From Candidatus Aminicenantes bacterium (GTDB lineage: Bacteria > Acidobacteriota > Aminicenantia > Aminicenantales > JAFGBC01): a DNA stretch of 64,000 bases. The position numbers and the translations under genes were made by a program. A model generated the notes under the pieces. The model did not search any database and had not been told where the DNA came from. It was given only the letters and a program-made list of their open reading frames with translations. The number at the start of each line of letters is the position of its first letter. Position 1 is the first letter of the stretch. Shown one piece after another: positions 18,367-28,879 of this stretch. The stretch spans positions 6,084-70,083 of the forward strand of contig JALHUR010000084.1 in assembly GCA_022867325.1 (NCBI GenBank). Reading direction: 5' to 3'.

Positions 18367-20412
18367 ATGAAGCATCAGCCCTACGTTCCCGAGAAAACCG
18401 AGATGAGGGAGTTCACCCTGCGGGCCCTCCTGATCGGATTGATCATGACGGTCATCCTGGGCGCCGCCAACGCCTATCTCGGTCTCCGGGCCGGGATGAC
18501 GATCGCGGCGACCTACCCGGCCGCCGTCATCGGCATGGCCGTTCTCAGGATCTTCAAGGGATCGATCCTTGAAGAAAACTTAGCGCGGACGGTCGGCTCG
18601 ATCGGCGAGTCCGTGGCCGCAGGCGCCATCTTCACCATACCCGCCTTCCTGATCGCCCGCGTCTGGGTGAAATTCAACACCGTCGAGGCCTACCTCAAGA
18701 CGTCCGCCCTCCTGTTCGTGGGCGGCGTCCTCGGAATTCTGTTCGTCACCTTCCTGCGCCGGGTCATGGTCAGCGATCCCGACCTGACCTTCCCGGAGTC
18801 GGTCGCCGCCGCCGAGATCCACAAGGCCGGCCAGAAAGGCAGCGCCGGGGCCAAGCACCTTTTCCAGGCGATGGGCCTGGGAGCCGTCTTCTACGCCCTG
18901 GGCGTCGCCCAGCTCTATGCCCAGAGCAAGGATTTCATCATCAAGATCGGAACGATCGCATCGAGCTTCGTGCGCTTCGGAACCGAACAGAACTCGCCCA
19001 AGATCGATGCGGGCGGCACGGTCGCCGTCTCCGGGCCCGGCATTTACCCGGCCTATCTCGGAGTCGGCTACATCATCGGCCCGCGGCTGGCTTCCCTCAA
19101 CTTCGCGGGCGGCGTGCTGGCCTGGGGTCTGTTCGCCCCCCTCCTCATGTTCGTCCTCGGCCCGCAGCTCATCGCCAAGTTCTACGGCCCGGGCATCGCC
19201 ATGGCCGACGTCGCCTGGCCGGACCTCGTGACCAACGTCTGGAAATTCATCATCCGTCCGATCGCGGTCGGCGGCATGCTCGTCGGCGCCGGCTACACCC
19301 TGTACCGGATGAGGAAAAACCTGGCGGCGGGCATGAAGCGATCGTTGGGCGACGTCAAGAAGGCCGCCGGGCAGGCCGAAACGACCTCCCGGCTCGAAAA
19401 AGACCTTAACATCAAGGTCGTCCTGGGCGGGCTGGGCCTGACGTTCGTCCTCATGATTCTCGTCTACCGGGTTTTCGCCGGCGCGTTCGGTCCGGCCGTT
19501 ATCGCGGCCATCGTCATGGCCTTGGCCGGATTCTTCTTCGCCGCCGTCTCGGGGAACCTGGTCGGCACGATCGGCTCTTCGAACAATCCGATCTCGGGTC
19601 TTACTTTATCGACGCTCATCATCGCCGCCCTCCTCATGGTCGTTGTCGGAGCTTCCGGAACGAGCGGAGTCTCCGCCGTCCTGGGCGTGGCCGCGGTCGT
19701 CTGCGTCTCCTCGGCCGTCGCCGGCGAGATGCTCCAAGACCTCAAAGTCGGGCATATCCTGGGCGGCACGCCCTGGAAGATGCAGGTCGGCAATATTTTC
19801 GGCATCCTTTTCGCTTCCCTGGTCCTCTATTTTCCCTTGATGCTCCTGATCGGCGCCTTCGAGCTCGGAAGCAAGGATCTAGCCGCTCCCCAGGCGGGAT
19901 TGATGGCGGCCCTCGCCCAGGGCATTGTCGGCGGCGAGATGGCCTGGCCGCTCGTCATCGTCGGCATGCTGATGGGCTTCGCCTTTATCCTGATCCAGGT
20001 TCGATCGCCGATGCTGGTCGCGGTCGGGATGTACCTCCCGCTCGAGACTACCTTCGCCATTTTCGTCGGCGGCATGTTCAAAGGGATCGTCGACAGGCTC
20101 GCCGCCAAGAGGGGGCTCAATGCGGCCCAGAAGGCGCGGACCGAAAACATCGGCATCCTCCTTGCGGCCGGACTGATCGCGGGCGAAAGCCTGACCGGGC
20201 TGCTGCGCGCCCTCTGGAAGTTCCTCTTCCTCCAAAACGTCCTCAAGTTCGACATCCCCAAGATCTTCAAGGGCACGAGCTATTTCGGCGGCTTCGACCT
20301 GTACTTCGGCGGGCTCGCCGTCCTCATCCTGATCGCGCTCTATCTCATCTACAAGCCGCTCCGGAACGCCGGGGCCGCCGACGAGCCGCCGCCGCCGTCG
20401 GCCATCATCTGA
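18367..20412 (+). CDS. OPT-family oligopeptide transporter
   Basis: Start ATG 18367 (MKHQPYVPEK...) after AAAGGAG. 681 aa polytopic membrane protein with OPT family similarity. Confidence 0.85.
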   Translation: MKHQPYVPEKTEMREFTLRALLIGLIMTVILGAANAYLGLRAGMTIAATYPAAVIGMAVLRIFKGSILEENLARTVGSIGESVAAGAIFTIPAFLIARVWVKFNTVEAYLKTSALLFVGGVLGILFVTFLRRVMVSDPDLTFPESVAAAEIHKAGQKGSAGAKHLFQAMGLGAVFYALGVAQLYAQSKDFIIKIGTIASSFVRFGTEQNSPKIDAGGTVAVSGPGIYPAYLGVGYIIGPRLASLNFAGGVLAWGLFAPLLMFVLGPQLIAKFYGPGIAMADVAWPDLVTNVWKFIIRPIAVGGMLVGAGYTLYRMRKNLAAGMKRSLGDVKKAAGQAETTSRLEKDLNIKVVLGGLGLTFVLMILVYRVFAGAFGPAVIAAIVMALAGFFFAAVSGNLVGTIGSSNNPISGLTLSTLIIAALLMVVVGASGTSGVSAVLGVAAVVCVSSAVAGEMLQDLKVGHILGGTPWKMQVGNIFGILFASLVLYFPLMLLIGAFELGSKDLAAPQAGLMAALAQGIVGGEMAWPLVIVGMLMGFAFILIQVRSPMLVAVGMYLPLETTFAIFVGGMFKGIVDRLAAKRGLNAAQKARTENIGILLAAGLIAGESLTGLLRALWKFLFLQNVLKFDIPKIFKGTSYFGGFDLYFGGLAVLILIALYLIYKPLRNAGAADEPPPPSAII

Positions 20413-20436
20413 TCCGATTTCGGTTTGTCGCTTCCA

Positions 20437-20470
20437 CGACCGGCCCTCCTCAGGGAGGGCCGGCTTTTTC
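20437..20470 (+). terminator. rho-independent terminator after the OPT gene
   Basis: gaccggccctcc tcag ggagggccggc followed by ttttt. Confidence 0.6.
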
Positions 20471-20502
20471 GTTGATTCGGGATCGCGCCGGCCCGCCCGG
20501 GT

Positions 20503-20531
20503 TTGACCGCCTTCAGGGCATCGTCTAAAAT
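20503..20531 (+). promoter_or_regulatory. putative promoter TTGACC-17-TAAAAT for def-fmt
   Basis: cccgggtTTGACCgccttcagggcatcgtcTAAAATag, 19 nt before def ATG. Confidence 0.45.
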
Positions 20532-20549
20532 AGTGTTGAGAAGACAGTC

Positions 20550-21065
20550 ATGGCCGTACGAAAAATTCTGACGATCGGACATCCGATCCTGACCAAGGTC
20601 GCCGAACCCATCACCGAGATCGACGATGAAATTCGCGCCCTGGCCGCGGATATGGTCGAAACCATGCACAAGGCGCCCGGTCTCGGCCTGGCCGCGCCCC
20701 AGGTCGACGTCTCCAAACGCCTGATCACGGTCGACCCTTCGATCGGCGAGAATCCCGAAGAGCTCCTTGTCTTGATCAACCCCGAAATCACGGACCAAGA
20801 AGGCCAGGTGACCTGCGAGGAGGGATGCCTTTCCGTCCCCGACGTTTCCGAGCCGGTGACCCGTCCGACCCGCGTCGTCGTCTCCTTCCTCGACCTCAAA
20901 GGCGTTCCCTGCAGCGTCGAGGGCTTCGACCTTATGGCCCGGGCGCTCTGCCACGAGATCGATCATCTCAACGGCAAGTTGTTCATCGAAAGGCTCTCCC
21001 CGCTCAAGCGGGCCCTGATCAAGAAGAAGCTCAAGAAGAAGCGGGACAAAGACGGAGAGAGATGA
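20550..21065 (+). CDS. def: peptide deformylase
   Basis: 171 aa with motifs GLGLAAPQ, EGCLS, HEIDHLNG. Confidence 0.9.
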   Translation: MAVRKILTIGHPILTKVAEPITEIDDEIRALAADMVETMHKAPGLGLAAPQVDVSKRLITVDPSIGENPEELLVLINPEITDQEGQVTCEEGCLSVPDVSEPVTRPTRVVVSFLDLKGVPCSVEGFDLMARALCHEIDHLNGKLFIERLSPLKRALIKKKLKKKRDKDGER

Positions 21066-21994
21066 GAATTGTTTTTTTCGGAAGTCCCGTTTCCGCGCTT
21101 CCCGCCCTGAAGAAGCTCGTCGCTTCGTCCCACCAGGTGACGCTCGTCGTCACCCAGCCCGACCGGGCTTCGGGAAGGGGGCGCAGAGAGACGGCCTGCC
21201 CGGTCAAAGCCTTCGCCCGTGAGCGCGGGCTTCCCGTCTACCAGCCCGAGCGGATCAGGAAAGACCCATCGGCGCTCGACAGGCTCCGGGACGCCCGTCC
21301 CGACTTGAACGTCATCGTCGCTTTCGGCCAGATCATGCCCGCCTCCGTCATCTACCTGCCGCCCTTCCATTCTCTCAACCTCCACTTCTCGCTTCTGCCC
21401 AAGTACCGCGGCGCCTCGCCGGTCCAATGGGCCATTCTCAGCGGTGAGGCCGTGACCGGGATCACGATTTTCGAGCTTGACGAGAAGATGGATGAAGGCC
21501 CCATCCTGGCTCAACGGGAGGTCCCGATCGCCCCGGGTGAAAAATCCTTCGAGCTCGAAGCCCATTTGGCCGAAATCGGGGCCGACCTCCTGCTCAAGAC
21601 CCTGGAGGAGCTGGGCCGAATCCGGCCCGCCGCCCAGGACCATGCTCTCGCCAGCTACGCCCCGAAAATCAAGAAGGAAGACGGCCGGATCGACTGGACG
21701 AACGACGCCGCGACCGTGGACAGGCGCGTCAGGGCTTTCGCCGGATGGCCGTCGGCCCATGCCCGGTTCAAGGAGCGGCGTCTGATCATCCATGACGGCC
21801 GGCCGCTCGGCGCCTTCGCGCGCGAAGGCCCCCCCGGAGAAGTCCTCCGTGTCTCGGAGGAAGGGATCGAGGTCCGCTGCGGCGGCGGCTCCTCTTATCT
21901 CATCAGGCGCCTCCAGGGCGAGAACGGTCGGGAGATGGACGCAGCCCCTTTCGCCAGGGGACACCGAATCTCGACGGGGTTGAAGCTCGACTAA
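21062..21994 (+). CDS. fmt: methionyl-tRNA formyltransferase
   Basis: ATG 21062 overlaps the def TGA (ATGA). MRIVFFGSP... with formyltransferase N- and C-domains. Confidence 0.9.
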   Translation: MRIVFFGSPVSALPALKKLVASSHQVTLVVTQPDRASGRGRRETACPVKAFARERGLPVYQPERIRKDPSALDRLRDARPDLNVIVAFGQIMPASVIYLPPFHSLNLHFSLLPKYRGASPVQWAILSGEAVTGITIFELDEKMDEGPILAQREVPIAPGEKSFELEAHLAEIGADLLLKTLEELGRIRPAAQDHALASYAPKIKKEDGRIDWTNDAATVDRRVRAFAGWPSAHARFKERRLIIHDGRPLGAFAREGPPGEVLRVSEEGIEVRCGGGSSYLIRRLQGENGREMDAAPFARGHRISTGLKLD

Positions 21995-22037
21995 AACGAT
22001 TTCTGAGGAAAGGGCGGGGATAAAGGACCGGAGGATG

Positions 22038-22961
22038 CTATTCTTCGTAAATATAGATAATCGGGTTTTGAGCCTTGTCGTTGACGCGGACTTCATAATG
22101 GAGATGGGGTCCTGTCGCTTTCCCCGATTTGCCGACCAGCCCGATGATGTCGCCCCTCTTGACCTTCTGGCCGGGACGGACCAGCCATTTGTCCAGGTGG
22201 AAAAAATGCGTCGTGACGCCCCAACCGTGGCTGATGACGACGACCTTGCCGGTTATCCGATCCGCTTTTGTTTCCACGACGATTCCGTCCGCCGACGCAA
22301 TGATCTGGTTGCCGTAGCTCGTGGCGATGTCGATGCCGTTGTGGAATTGCCGTTTCTGGGTAAAGGGGTCTGTCCTGTAACCGAACCCCCCCGCGACCCA
22401 TCCGACCGTAGGCCAAATCGTCGGCGTCGAGGCTAACTGGACCGACTTGTTCTCGGCGATATCGCTCAGCATCATCAGGTTCTTTTGAAGGCTGTCGGCC
22501 TTCCGGCTTAAATCTTGTACATGAGAAAGGCTTAGCTCTTGAGGAGGCGGAGCCTCGGAGGGACTCGACGCAAGATCCTGGGCGGGATCGTCGCCTCCGC
22601 CCAAGCCGGTCTCGGTGATTTTTTCGGTGTCCTTGAGACCCACGTAGACGTTTAGCTTTTTGACGTAGGACTCCATCCTATCGATGGTCGTCTGGAGGCC
22701 CCTGACCTGGTTCTCGTAGGTCGCCATGGTTTCTTCCTGCCATCGCGTTTGCTTCTGGAGCTCTCGGTATTTGACTCTGGTGACCGTCATCGTAAAATAA
22801 TCGACCAGGAAAGCGATGATAGCCAAGCTGAAGACAATCGCGCTTCCCAACAAGATCCGGGACGCCCGTTGGGACAGAGTGAAACGCCGGGTGTTCGATT
22901 TGGAATGGGGGACGATGAAGACTGACAGAGAACCCTTGGATTTAGTCATCGGCTTCCCCAT
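22038..22961 (-). CDS. M23 family metallopeptidase with N-terminal TM and coiled coil
   Basis: C-terminal LytM/M23 domain (HNGIDIATSYGNQIIASADGIVV...GPHLHYEV). Exact start uncertain (MGKPM or MTKSK). Confidence 0.8.
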   Translation of the reverse strand: MGKPMTKSKGSLSVFIVPHSKSNTRRFTLSQRASRILLGSAIVFSLAIIAFLVDYFTMTVTRVKYRELQKQTRWQEETMATYENQVRGLQTTIDRMESYVKKLNVYVGLKDTEKITETGLGGGDDPAQDLASSPSEAPPPQELSLSHVQDLSRKADSLQKNLMMLSDIAENKSVQLASTPTIWPTVGWVAGGFGYRTDPFTQKRQFHNGIDIATSYGNQIIASADGIVVETKADRITGKVVVISHGWGVTTHFFHLDKWLVRPGQKVKRGDIIGLVGKSGKATGPHLHYEVRVNDKAQNPIIYIYEE

Positions 22962-23034
22962 TCAATACCATAAGCCCCTTTTCCCTGTCAAGAGCTTCCT
23001 TTGGCGCTTTTAAGGGAGATAGCCCGCTTCGGCA

Positions 23035-23811
23035 TTATCCCCCGCAGAGGACGGATCCCCCGTTGACGTTGAGGATTTCGCCCGTAATGTGCCGGGCCAA
23101 ATCCGAAGCCAGGAAAACGATCGGCCCGGCAATGTCCTCGGGGGGCGGCACCCTCCTCAAGGGGATCGTATCCTCGACCTTCTTACGGTAGCCGGGGATG
23201 CTGAAGACCTCGCTGCACATGTCCGTATCGACCCAGCCGGGGGCGACCGTATTGACCCGGATATTGAAAGCGGCCAACTCGACGGCCAGGGATTTGGTCA
23301 GGGAGTGGAGGGCTCCCTTGCTGGCCGCATAGTGGGAATGGAAGGCCTCGCCCCGGACCGCGGCCGTCGAGGAGATATGGATGATGACTCCGAAGCTATG
23401 CTCCTTCATCAGGGGGACGACGGCATTGGTCGCTAGAAAAACGCCGCCCAGGTTGATGTCCATCGTTTCATCCCATAACGACTTGGTCATCTTTCCCATC
23501 TCGCCGTAGGTCCATATGCCCGCGTTGTTGACGAGAACATCGATCCGGCCCCAGGCCGACCGGCAGCCCTCGACCATGGCCAGGACATCCTTCTCATCCG
23601 AAATCTCGGCCTTGAAGACGAGGCATTCGCGCCCGAGTTTGCGGACCTCGTCGCGGACGAATCCCGCGGCCTCCGCCCGCTTTTGATAGTTGAGGGCGAC
23701 ATCGCAACCGGCCTTCGCGAACAGAAGGGCGGCGGCCCGGCCGATGCCCCGGGACCCGCCCGTGATCAGGACCTTGCGGCCCGCCAAACCCAGATCGATC
23801 CCGTGCGTCAT
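23035..23811 (-). CDS. SDR-family oxidoreductase (3-oxoacyl-ACP reductase-like)
   Basis: TGGSRGIGRA Rossmann motif and a YxxxK-type catalytic region. ATGA overlap with acnB upstream. Confidence 0.85.
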   Translation of the reverse strand: MTHGIDLGLAGRKVLITGGSRGIGRAAALLFAKAGCDVALNYQKRAEAAGFVRDEVRKLGRECLVFKAEISDEKDVLAMVEGCRSAWGRIDVLVNNAGIWTYGEMGKMTKSLWDETMDINLGGVFLATNAVVPLMKEHSFGVIIHISSTAAVRGEAFHSHYAASKGALHSLTKSLAVELAAFNIRVNTVAPGWVDTDMCSEVFSIPGYRKKVEDTIPLRRVPPPEDIAGPIVFLASDLARHITGEILNVNGGSVLCGG

Positions 23812-26351
23812 GGCAGGTATCCCAGGCTGAACGGCCCCATCTCATCGAACTGAAGATAACGGTAGATCTCGTCGACCTTGGGCATGATTTTCTCCCGCAT
23901 GACGGCGAAATAATCCTCGACCGTGGGGAGCTTGCCCCGCAGCGCGGCCACCGCGCTCAGCTCGGCCGAGCCCAAATAAACCCGGGCCCCGTCTCCCATC
24001 CGGTCGTCGAAGTTCCGGGTCGACGTCGAGATGATGGTCGCTTTGGGCCGGACCCGCGCCTGGTTTCCCATGCAGAGGGAGCAGCCCGGGATCTCCATCC
24101 TGGCCCCGGCGCAAACGAACAGTCCGTAGTAACCTTCGCGCATGAGCTGCGCCGCGTCCATCTTGGTCGGCGGGGTCATCCAGAGAGCGACCGGCAGGTA
24201 ACCTTCGCCTTCGAAGATCTTCCCGGCGGCCCGGAAATGCCCTATGTTCGTCATGCACGACCCGATGAAGACCTCGTCGATTTTGTCTCCGGCGACCTCG
24301 GAGAGAGGTTTGACGTCGTCCGGGTCGTTGGGACAGGCCAGGATCGGTTCCTTGATCTCGGACAGATCGACCTCGATGACGGCCGCGTACTCGGCCTTGG
24401 CGTCCCTCTTGACGAGAACCGGGTTCTCGAGCCAGCGCCGGCAGGCTTCGATCCGTCTTTGCAGGGTCGAAGCCGTTTGATAGCCCTCGGCGATCATGCG
24501 CTCCATCAGGGCGACGTTGCTCTTCAGGAACTTGGCAACGGTCGCTTCGCTCAGGGCGATCGTCCCGCCGGCGGCGGACCGTTCGGCCGTGGCGTCGGTC
24601 AGCTCGTAGGCTTGCTCGCAGGTCAGGTCGGGAAGGCCTTCCATCTCGATGATCCGGCCGTTGAAGATGTTCTTCTTCCCTTTCTTGGCCACGGTCAGAA
24701 GCCCCTTTTGGAGGGCGGCCAAGGGAATGGCGTTAACGACGTCGCGGAGGGTGATCCCCGGATTCAGAGAACCCGAGAACTTGACCAGGACGGACTCGGG
24801 CATGTCGAGGGGCATGAATCCGAGGGCGCCGGCGAAAGCGACCAGGCCCGATCCGGCCGGGAAGGACAGGCCGATCGGGAAACGAGTGTGGGAGTCGCCG
24901 CCCGTTCCCATCGTGTCGGGAAGGATGAGGCGGTTGAGCCAGGAGTGGATGACGCCGTCCCCCGGCTTGAGGGCGACGCCTTTCCGCTCGATGATGAACG
25001 GGGGCAGGGATTTGTGCATTTTGACGTCGGTGGTCTTGGGGTAGGCCGCCGTGTGGCAGAAGGACTGCATGAAGAGCTCGGACTGGAATTCGAGGCAGGA
25101 CAGCTCCTTGAGCTCGTCGGCCGTCATGGGGCCGGTCGTGTCCTGGGAGCCGACCGTCGTCATCTTGGGCTCACAGGAAGCGCCGGGCAGGACGCCCTGG
25201 CTTCCGCAGGCAAGGCCGACGATCTTCTGGGCCTGGCTGTAGCCCTGGCCTTTTCGGGGCGACGGCTGTTCGAGCTTGATGAAGAAATCGGCCTCGGGAA
25301 GATCGAGCGCCCTGCGCGCTTTATTGGTGAGCTGCCGGCCGACGATGAGGTTCAGCCGCCCGCCCGCCCTGTATTCGTCTCGAAGGGTCGACGGCTTGAG
25401 ATCGAAGGCGGCGACGGCATCCCCTTTTTCATTGACGATCGTCCCCGAGGCTGTCCGAATCGTGATCAGGTCGCCCGTCGCCAGCATGGAGACGTCGGCC
25501 GTGATCGGAAGACCGCCCGAGTCCTCGGTCGTGTTGAAGAAGATCGGCGCGATCAGGCCGCCGATGACGACCCCTCCCCTGCGCTTGTTGGGGACGAAGG
25601 GGATATCTTCGCCGATGTGCCACATGACCGAATTGCAGGCCGATTTGCGCGAGGAGCCGGTTCCGACGACGTCGCCGACGAAGACGACCCGGTGTCCCTC
25701 CTCGCGGAACTTGCGGATGAGGCCGATCCCGTCCGGAAAGCGCGTTTCGCCCATGACCAAGGCGTGGAGCGGAATGTCGGGACGGGTTGAGGCATGCTTG
25801 GCCGGCGAAAAGTCATCCGTGTTGATCTCGCCGTCGACCTTGAAGACCTTGAGCTCGAGCGTCTCGGGAAAGACCGGCCGGGACAGGAACCAGTCGCCCT
25901 TGGCCCAGGATTCGAGGATGCCCCGGGCCGCGGCGTTTGTCTTAGACTTGGACAGGACGGCTTCGAAAGCTCCGTAGACGAGGATCGTCTTCTTGAGGGC
26001 TTCGGCCGCGTCCGTCGCCAGCCCTCCGTCATCCAGCAGAAAGACGAGGGGATCCACGTTGTATCCGCCCAGCATGGTGCCCAGCATGAACACGGCGTCC
26101 TTCCCGGAGACGAGGGGCGGACGGATTTCGCCCTTTCCGACTTTAGCCAGCCATTCGGCTTTGACCTTAGCCGCCGGATCGACGCCGGGAGAGACCCTAT
26201 TCTTAAGCAAGCCGAGGGCGATCCTCGCCTCATCCCCGGAATCTTTTTCCAGGATCCGGCAGACTTCGGCCGTTTCCGGCGGGTTTAAGGGCAGGGGCGG
26301 AATGCCCTGGTTCTCGCGTTCTTTGGCCTGCTGGAAATAGGTCTCTAACAT
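23808..26351 (-). CDS. acnB: aconitate hydratase B / 2-methylisocitrate dehydratase
   Basis: Start ATG 26351 (MLETYFQQAKERENQGIPPLPL...) with AAGGAG 8 nt upstream. About 847 aa AcnB-type aconitase. Confidence 0.9.
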   Translation of the reverse strand: MLETYFQQAKERENQGIPPLPLNPPETAEVCRILEKDSGDEARIALGLLKNRVSPGVDPAAKVKAEWLAKVGKGEIRPPLVSGKDAVFMLGTMLGGYNVDPLVFLLDDGGLATDAAEALKKTILVYGAFEAVLSKSKTNAAARGILESWAKGDWFLSRPVFPETLELKVFKVDGEINTDDFSPAKHASTRPDIPLHALVMGETRFPDGIGLIRKFREEGHRVVFVGDVVGTGSSRKSACNSVMWHIGEDIPFVPNKRRGGVVIGGLIAPIFFNTTEDSGGLPITADVSMLATGDLITIRTASGTIVNEKGDAVAAFDLKPSTLRDEYRAGGRLNLIVGRQLTNKARRALDLPEADFFIKLEQPSPRKGQGYSQAQKIVGLACGSQGVLPGASCEPKMTTVGSQDTTGPMTADELKELSCLEFQSELFMQSFCHTAAYPKTTDVKMHKSLPPFIIERKGVALKPGDGVIHSWLNRLILPDTMGTGGDSHTRFPIGLSFPAGSGLVAFAGALGFMPLDMPESVLVKFSGSLNPGITLRDVVNAIPLAALQKGLLTVAKKGKKNIFNGRIIEMEGLPDLTCEQAYELTDATAERSAAGGTIALSEATVAKFLKSNVALMERMIAEGYQTASTLQRRIEACRRWLENPVLVKRDAKAEYAAVIEVDLSEIKEPILACPNDPDDVKPLSEVAGDKIDEVFIGSCMTNIGHFRAAGKIFEGEGYLPVALWMTPPTKMDAAQLMREGYYGLFVCAGARMEIPGCSLCMGNQARVRPKATIISTSTRNFDDRMGDGARVYLGSAELSAVAALRGKLPTVEDYFAVMREKIMPKVDEIYRYLQFDEMGPFSLGYLP

Positions 26352-26525
26352 GCGCGATCTCCTTGGTCGAATAAAGATGTCTCGCTCCCAAGTTTTATAA
26401 TGGGTTTTGGCGGATTTGTCAAAGACAGGGCGCCTTATAGTCATTGCTTTTCCCGAGAAAAAAAGTTACAATAACCTGCCTTTTCAAGCTCCATTTAAAA
26501 TATTTTGTATTTGGAGGACAATCGG

Positions 26526-27725
26526 ATGGATAAGGCCGCGATCGCAAGAGCCACGGAGCACTTCGGCAAGTTGCTGGAAGTTCAGATGAAGCGCATGGAG
26601 CGGGTCAAGGCCGCTCCGGACTGGATCGACTACAGCAAGGTCAAGCCCCTCAAAATCGGTATTCTCGCCGGCGACGGCATCGGCGTCTATATCGCCGCCG
26701 AGTCCAAGCGGGTCCTCGAGTTCCTGCTCAAGGACGAGGTCAAGGCCGGAACGGTCATCATCAAGAATATCGAGGGACTGACGATCGAGAACCGGGCTGC
26801 CCACAAAAAAGCCATCCCGGATGACGTCCTGGCCGAAATCAAGGAATATCAAATAACCCTCAAGGGCCCGACCACGACCCCGCGCAAGGGCGACCCCTGG
26901 CCCAACATCGAGAGCTGCAACGTGGCCCTGCGGAAGGAGCTGGACCTGTTCGCCAACGTCCGGCCCATCCGCATCCCCAAGCAGGGGATCGACTGGATCT
27001 TCTTCCGCGAGAACACCGAAGATCTCTACGCCCTCGGCCCCTACGGCATCGACGTCGACGCCGATATCTCGATCGACTTCAAGCTGATCACCGGACCCGG
27101 TTCCGACCGGATCTGCAGGCTGGCCTTCGAACACGCCAAGAAGAACAACCGCAAGAAGGTCACTTGCGTCACCAAGGCCAACGTCGTCAAGACGACCGAC
27201 GGCCGCTTCCTGGAGAACTTCTACCGGATCGCCAAGGATTATCCCGGAATCGAGGTTGACGACTGGTACATCGACATCATGACAGCCAAGCTCGTCGACG
27301 AGAAGCGCCGCCGCGACTTTCAGGTCATGGTCCTGCCCAACCTCTACGGCGACATCCTGACCGACGAGGCCGCCGAGTTCCAGGGCGGCGTCGGGACGGC
27401 CGGCAGCGCCAACATCGGCAAGCAGTTCGCCATGTTCGAGGCCATTCACGGCTCCGCGCCGCGGATGGTCACCGAGGGCCGCGCCCAGTATGCCGACCCC
27501 TGCTCGATGATCCGGGCCGCCGCCATGCTCCTCGGCCACGTCGGCTACCCCGAGAAGAGCCGGAAGCTCGAGATGGCCCTGGACATCACCGGCCAGTACG
27601 AGAAGAAGCTCGCCATCACCGGCCGCAACACCGGCGCGACCGGCAAGGCCTTCACCGACTACATCATGGAATGGATCGTCAGCCCCAAGCTCCAGGCGGC
27701 CTGGGAAGGCTACGTCAAGGGCTGA
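26526..27725 (+). CDS. icd: isocitrate dehydrogenase (isocitrate/isopropylmalate dehydrogenase family)
   Basis: ATG 26526 after GGAGGA. About 399 aa with IDH/IMDH family sequence. Divergent from acnB. Confidence 0.8.
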   Translation: MDKAAIARATEHFGKLLEVQMKRMERVKAAPDWIDYSKVKPLKIGILAGDGIGVYIAAESKRVLEFLLKDEVKAGTVIIKNIEGLTIENRAAHKKAIPDDVLAEIKEYQITLKGPTTTPRKGDPWPNIESCNVALRKELDLFANVRPIRIPKQGIDWIFFRENTEDLYALGPYGIDVDADISIDFKLITGPGSDRICRLAFEHAKKNNRKKVTCVTKANVVKTTDGRFLENFYRIAKDYPGIEVDDWYIDIMTAKLVDEKRRRDFQVMVLPNLYGDILTDEAAEFQGGVGTAGSANIGKQFAMFEAIHGSAPRMVTEGRAQYADPCSMIRAAAMLLGHVGYPEKSRKLEMALDITGQYEKKLAITGRNTGATGKAFTDYIMEWIVSPKLQAAWEGYVKG

Positions 27726-27794
27726 GGGAAGGGCATCGATTTGAGACCCGGCCATGAGGTTCGGGCATCACATTCATTAAAAGGAGGCTTTTCG

Positions 27795-28727
27795 ATGAGA
27801 AAGAAGATCGCTCTCGTCGGCGGCGGCCAGATCGGACAGAACCTGGCCATGCTCGCCGCCCAGAAGGAGCTCGGGGATATCGTCATCCTCGACGTCGAGG
27901 CTTACGTCAACGCGGCCAAGGGAAAGGCCCTCGACCTCATGGAGATGGCACCCCACGGGAACTATGACGCCAACATCTCCGCGACCTCGGACTACAAGGA
28001 CATCGCGGAGGCCGACGTCGTCATCGTCACGGCCGGCAAACCCCGCGAGGCCGGGATGACCCGCGAGGACCTCCTCGCCGTCAACCTGAAAATCATCACC
28101 GATGTCGCCGCCGGCGTCAAGCAGTACGCGCCCAAGGCCTTCTGCATCATCGTCACCAATCCGCTCGACGCCATGGTCTACGCGTTCTACAAGCTGACCG
28201 GCTTCCCCAAGAGCCAGGTCCTTGGCATGGCCGGAACCCTGGACACGGCCCGCTGGCGCGCCTTCATCGCCATGGAGCTCGGCGTGTCCGTCGGCGACGT
28301 CGCCGGCACCGTCCTGGGCGGCCACGGCCCCGACATGGTTCCCCTGCCCCGGCTGACGACCGTCGGCGGCGTCCCGCTGACCGAAATCGCGACCAAGGAG
28401 CAGATCGACAAGCTCGTCCTCAGGACGCGCGAGGCCGGGACCGAAATCGTCAAGCTCTTCGGCAAGGGATCGGCCTTCTTCAGCCCGGCCTGGAGCGCGA
28501 TCGTGATGGCCGAGAGCTACCTCAAGGACAAGCACCGGGTGCTACCCGCCTGCGCCCTGTGCGAGGGCGAGTACGGCGTCAAGGGGCTGTTCATCGGAGT
28601 CCCTTGCCTGATCGGCGCCAAGGGACTGGAGAAAATCTACGAGATCAAGCTCGCCGAGGACGAAAAGGCCCAGCTCGAAAAGACGATCACCTCCGTCAAG
28701 AAGACCGTCGAAGAAACCAAGCTCTGA
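27795..28727 (+). CDS. mdh: malate dehydrogenase (LDH-like MDH)
   Basis: ATG 27795 after AAAGGAGG. MRKKIALVGGGQIGQ... over the full length. Confidence 0.9.
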   Translation: MRKKIALVGGGQIGQNLAMLAAQKELGDIVILDVEAYVNAAKGKALDLMEMAPHGNYDANISATSDYKDIAEADVVIVTAGKPREAGMTREDLLAVNLKIITDVAAGVKQYAPKAFCIIVTNPLDAMVYAFYKLTGFPKSQVLGMAGTLDTARWRAFIAMELGVSVGDVAGTVLGGHGPDMVPLPRLTTVGGVPLTEIATKEQIDKLVLRTREAGTEIVKLFGKGSAFFSPAWSAIVMAESYLKDKHRVLPACALCEGEYGVKGLFIGVPCLIGAKGLEKIYEIKLAEDEKAQLEKTITSVKKTVEETKL

Positions 28728-28792
28728 CGGTCCAGCCCCTGGGCAGAAGGCTGAATCGTCCCCCCCGGGTGGGGCGCTCCAGCCGCTCGGAA

Positions 28793-28827
28793 AGCCGGTG
28801 ATAGGAATCTATCACCGGCTTTTTTTT
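28793..28827 (+). terminator. rho-independent terminator after mdh
   Basis: agccggtgatag-gaat-ctatcaccggct followed by T7-9. Confidence 0.7.
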
Positions 28828-28879
28828 GGGCCGCGACCCCCCCCATACGCTTTTCGCCGACCGTGTCCGGCCCGTCAAA

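Noticed and set aside
20825-21061. Long 5' extension of fmt (ORF track starts at 20825) and similar extensions of the MBL (29145), DUF5107 (29999), acnB (26444), EF-G2 (40932) and TBDR (42012) ORFs
   Set aside because: The extensions overlap upstream genes or lack RBSs. Internal ATG/GTG starts with Shine-Dalgarno sites and N-terminal signal peptides or conserved N-termini fit better.
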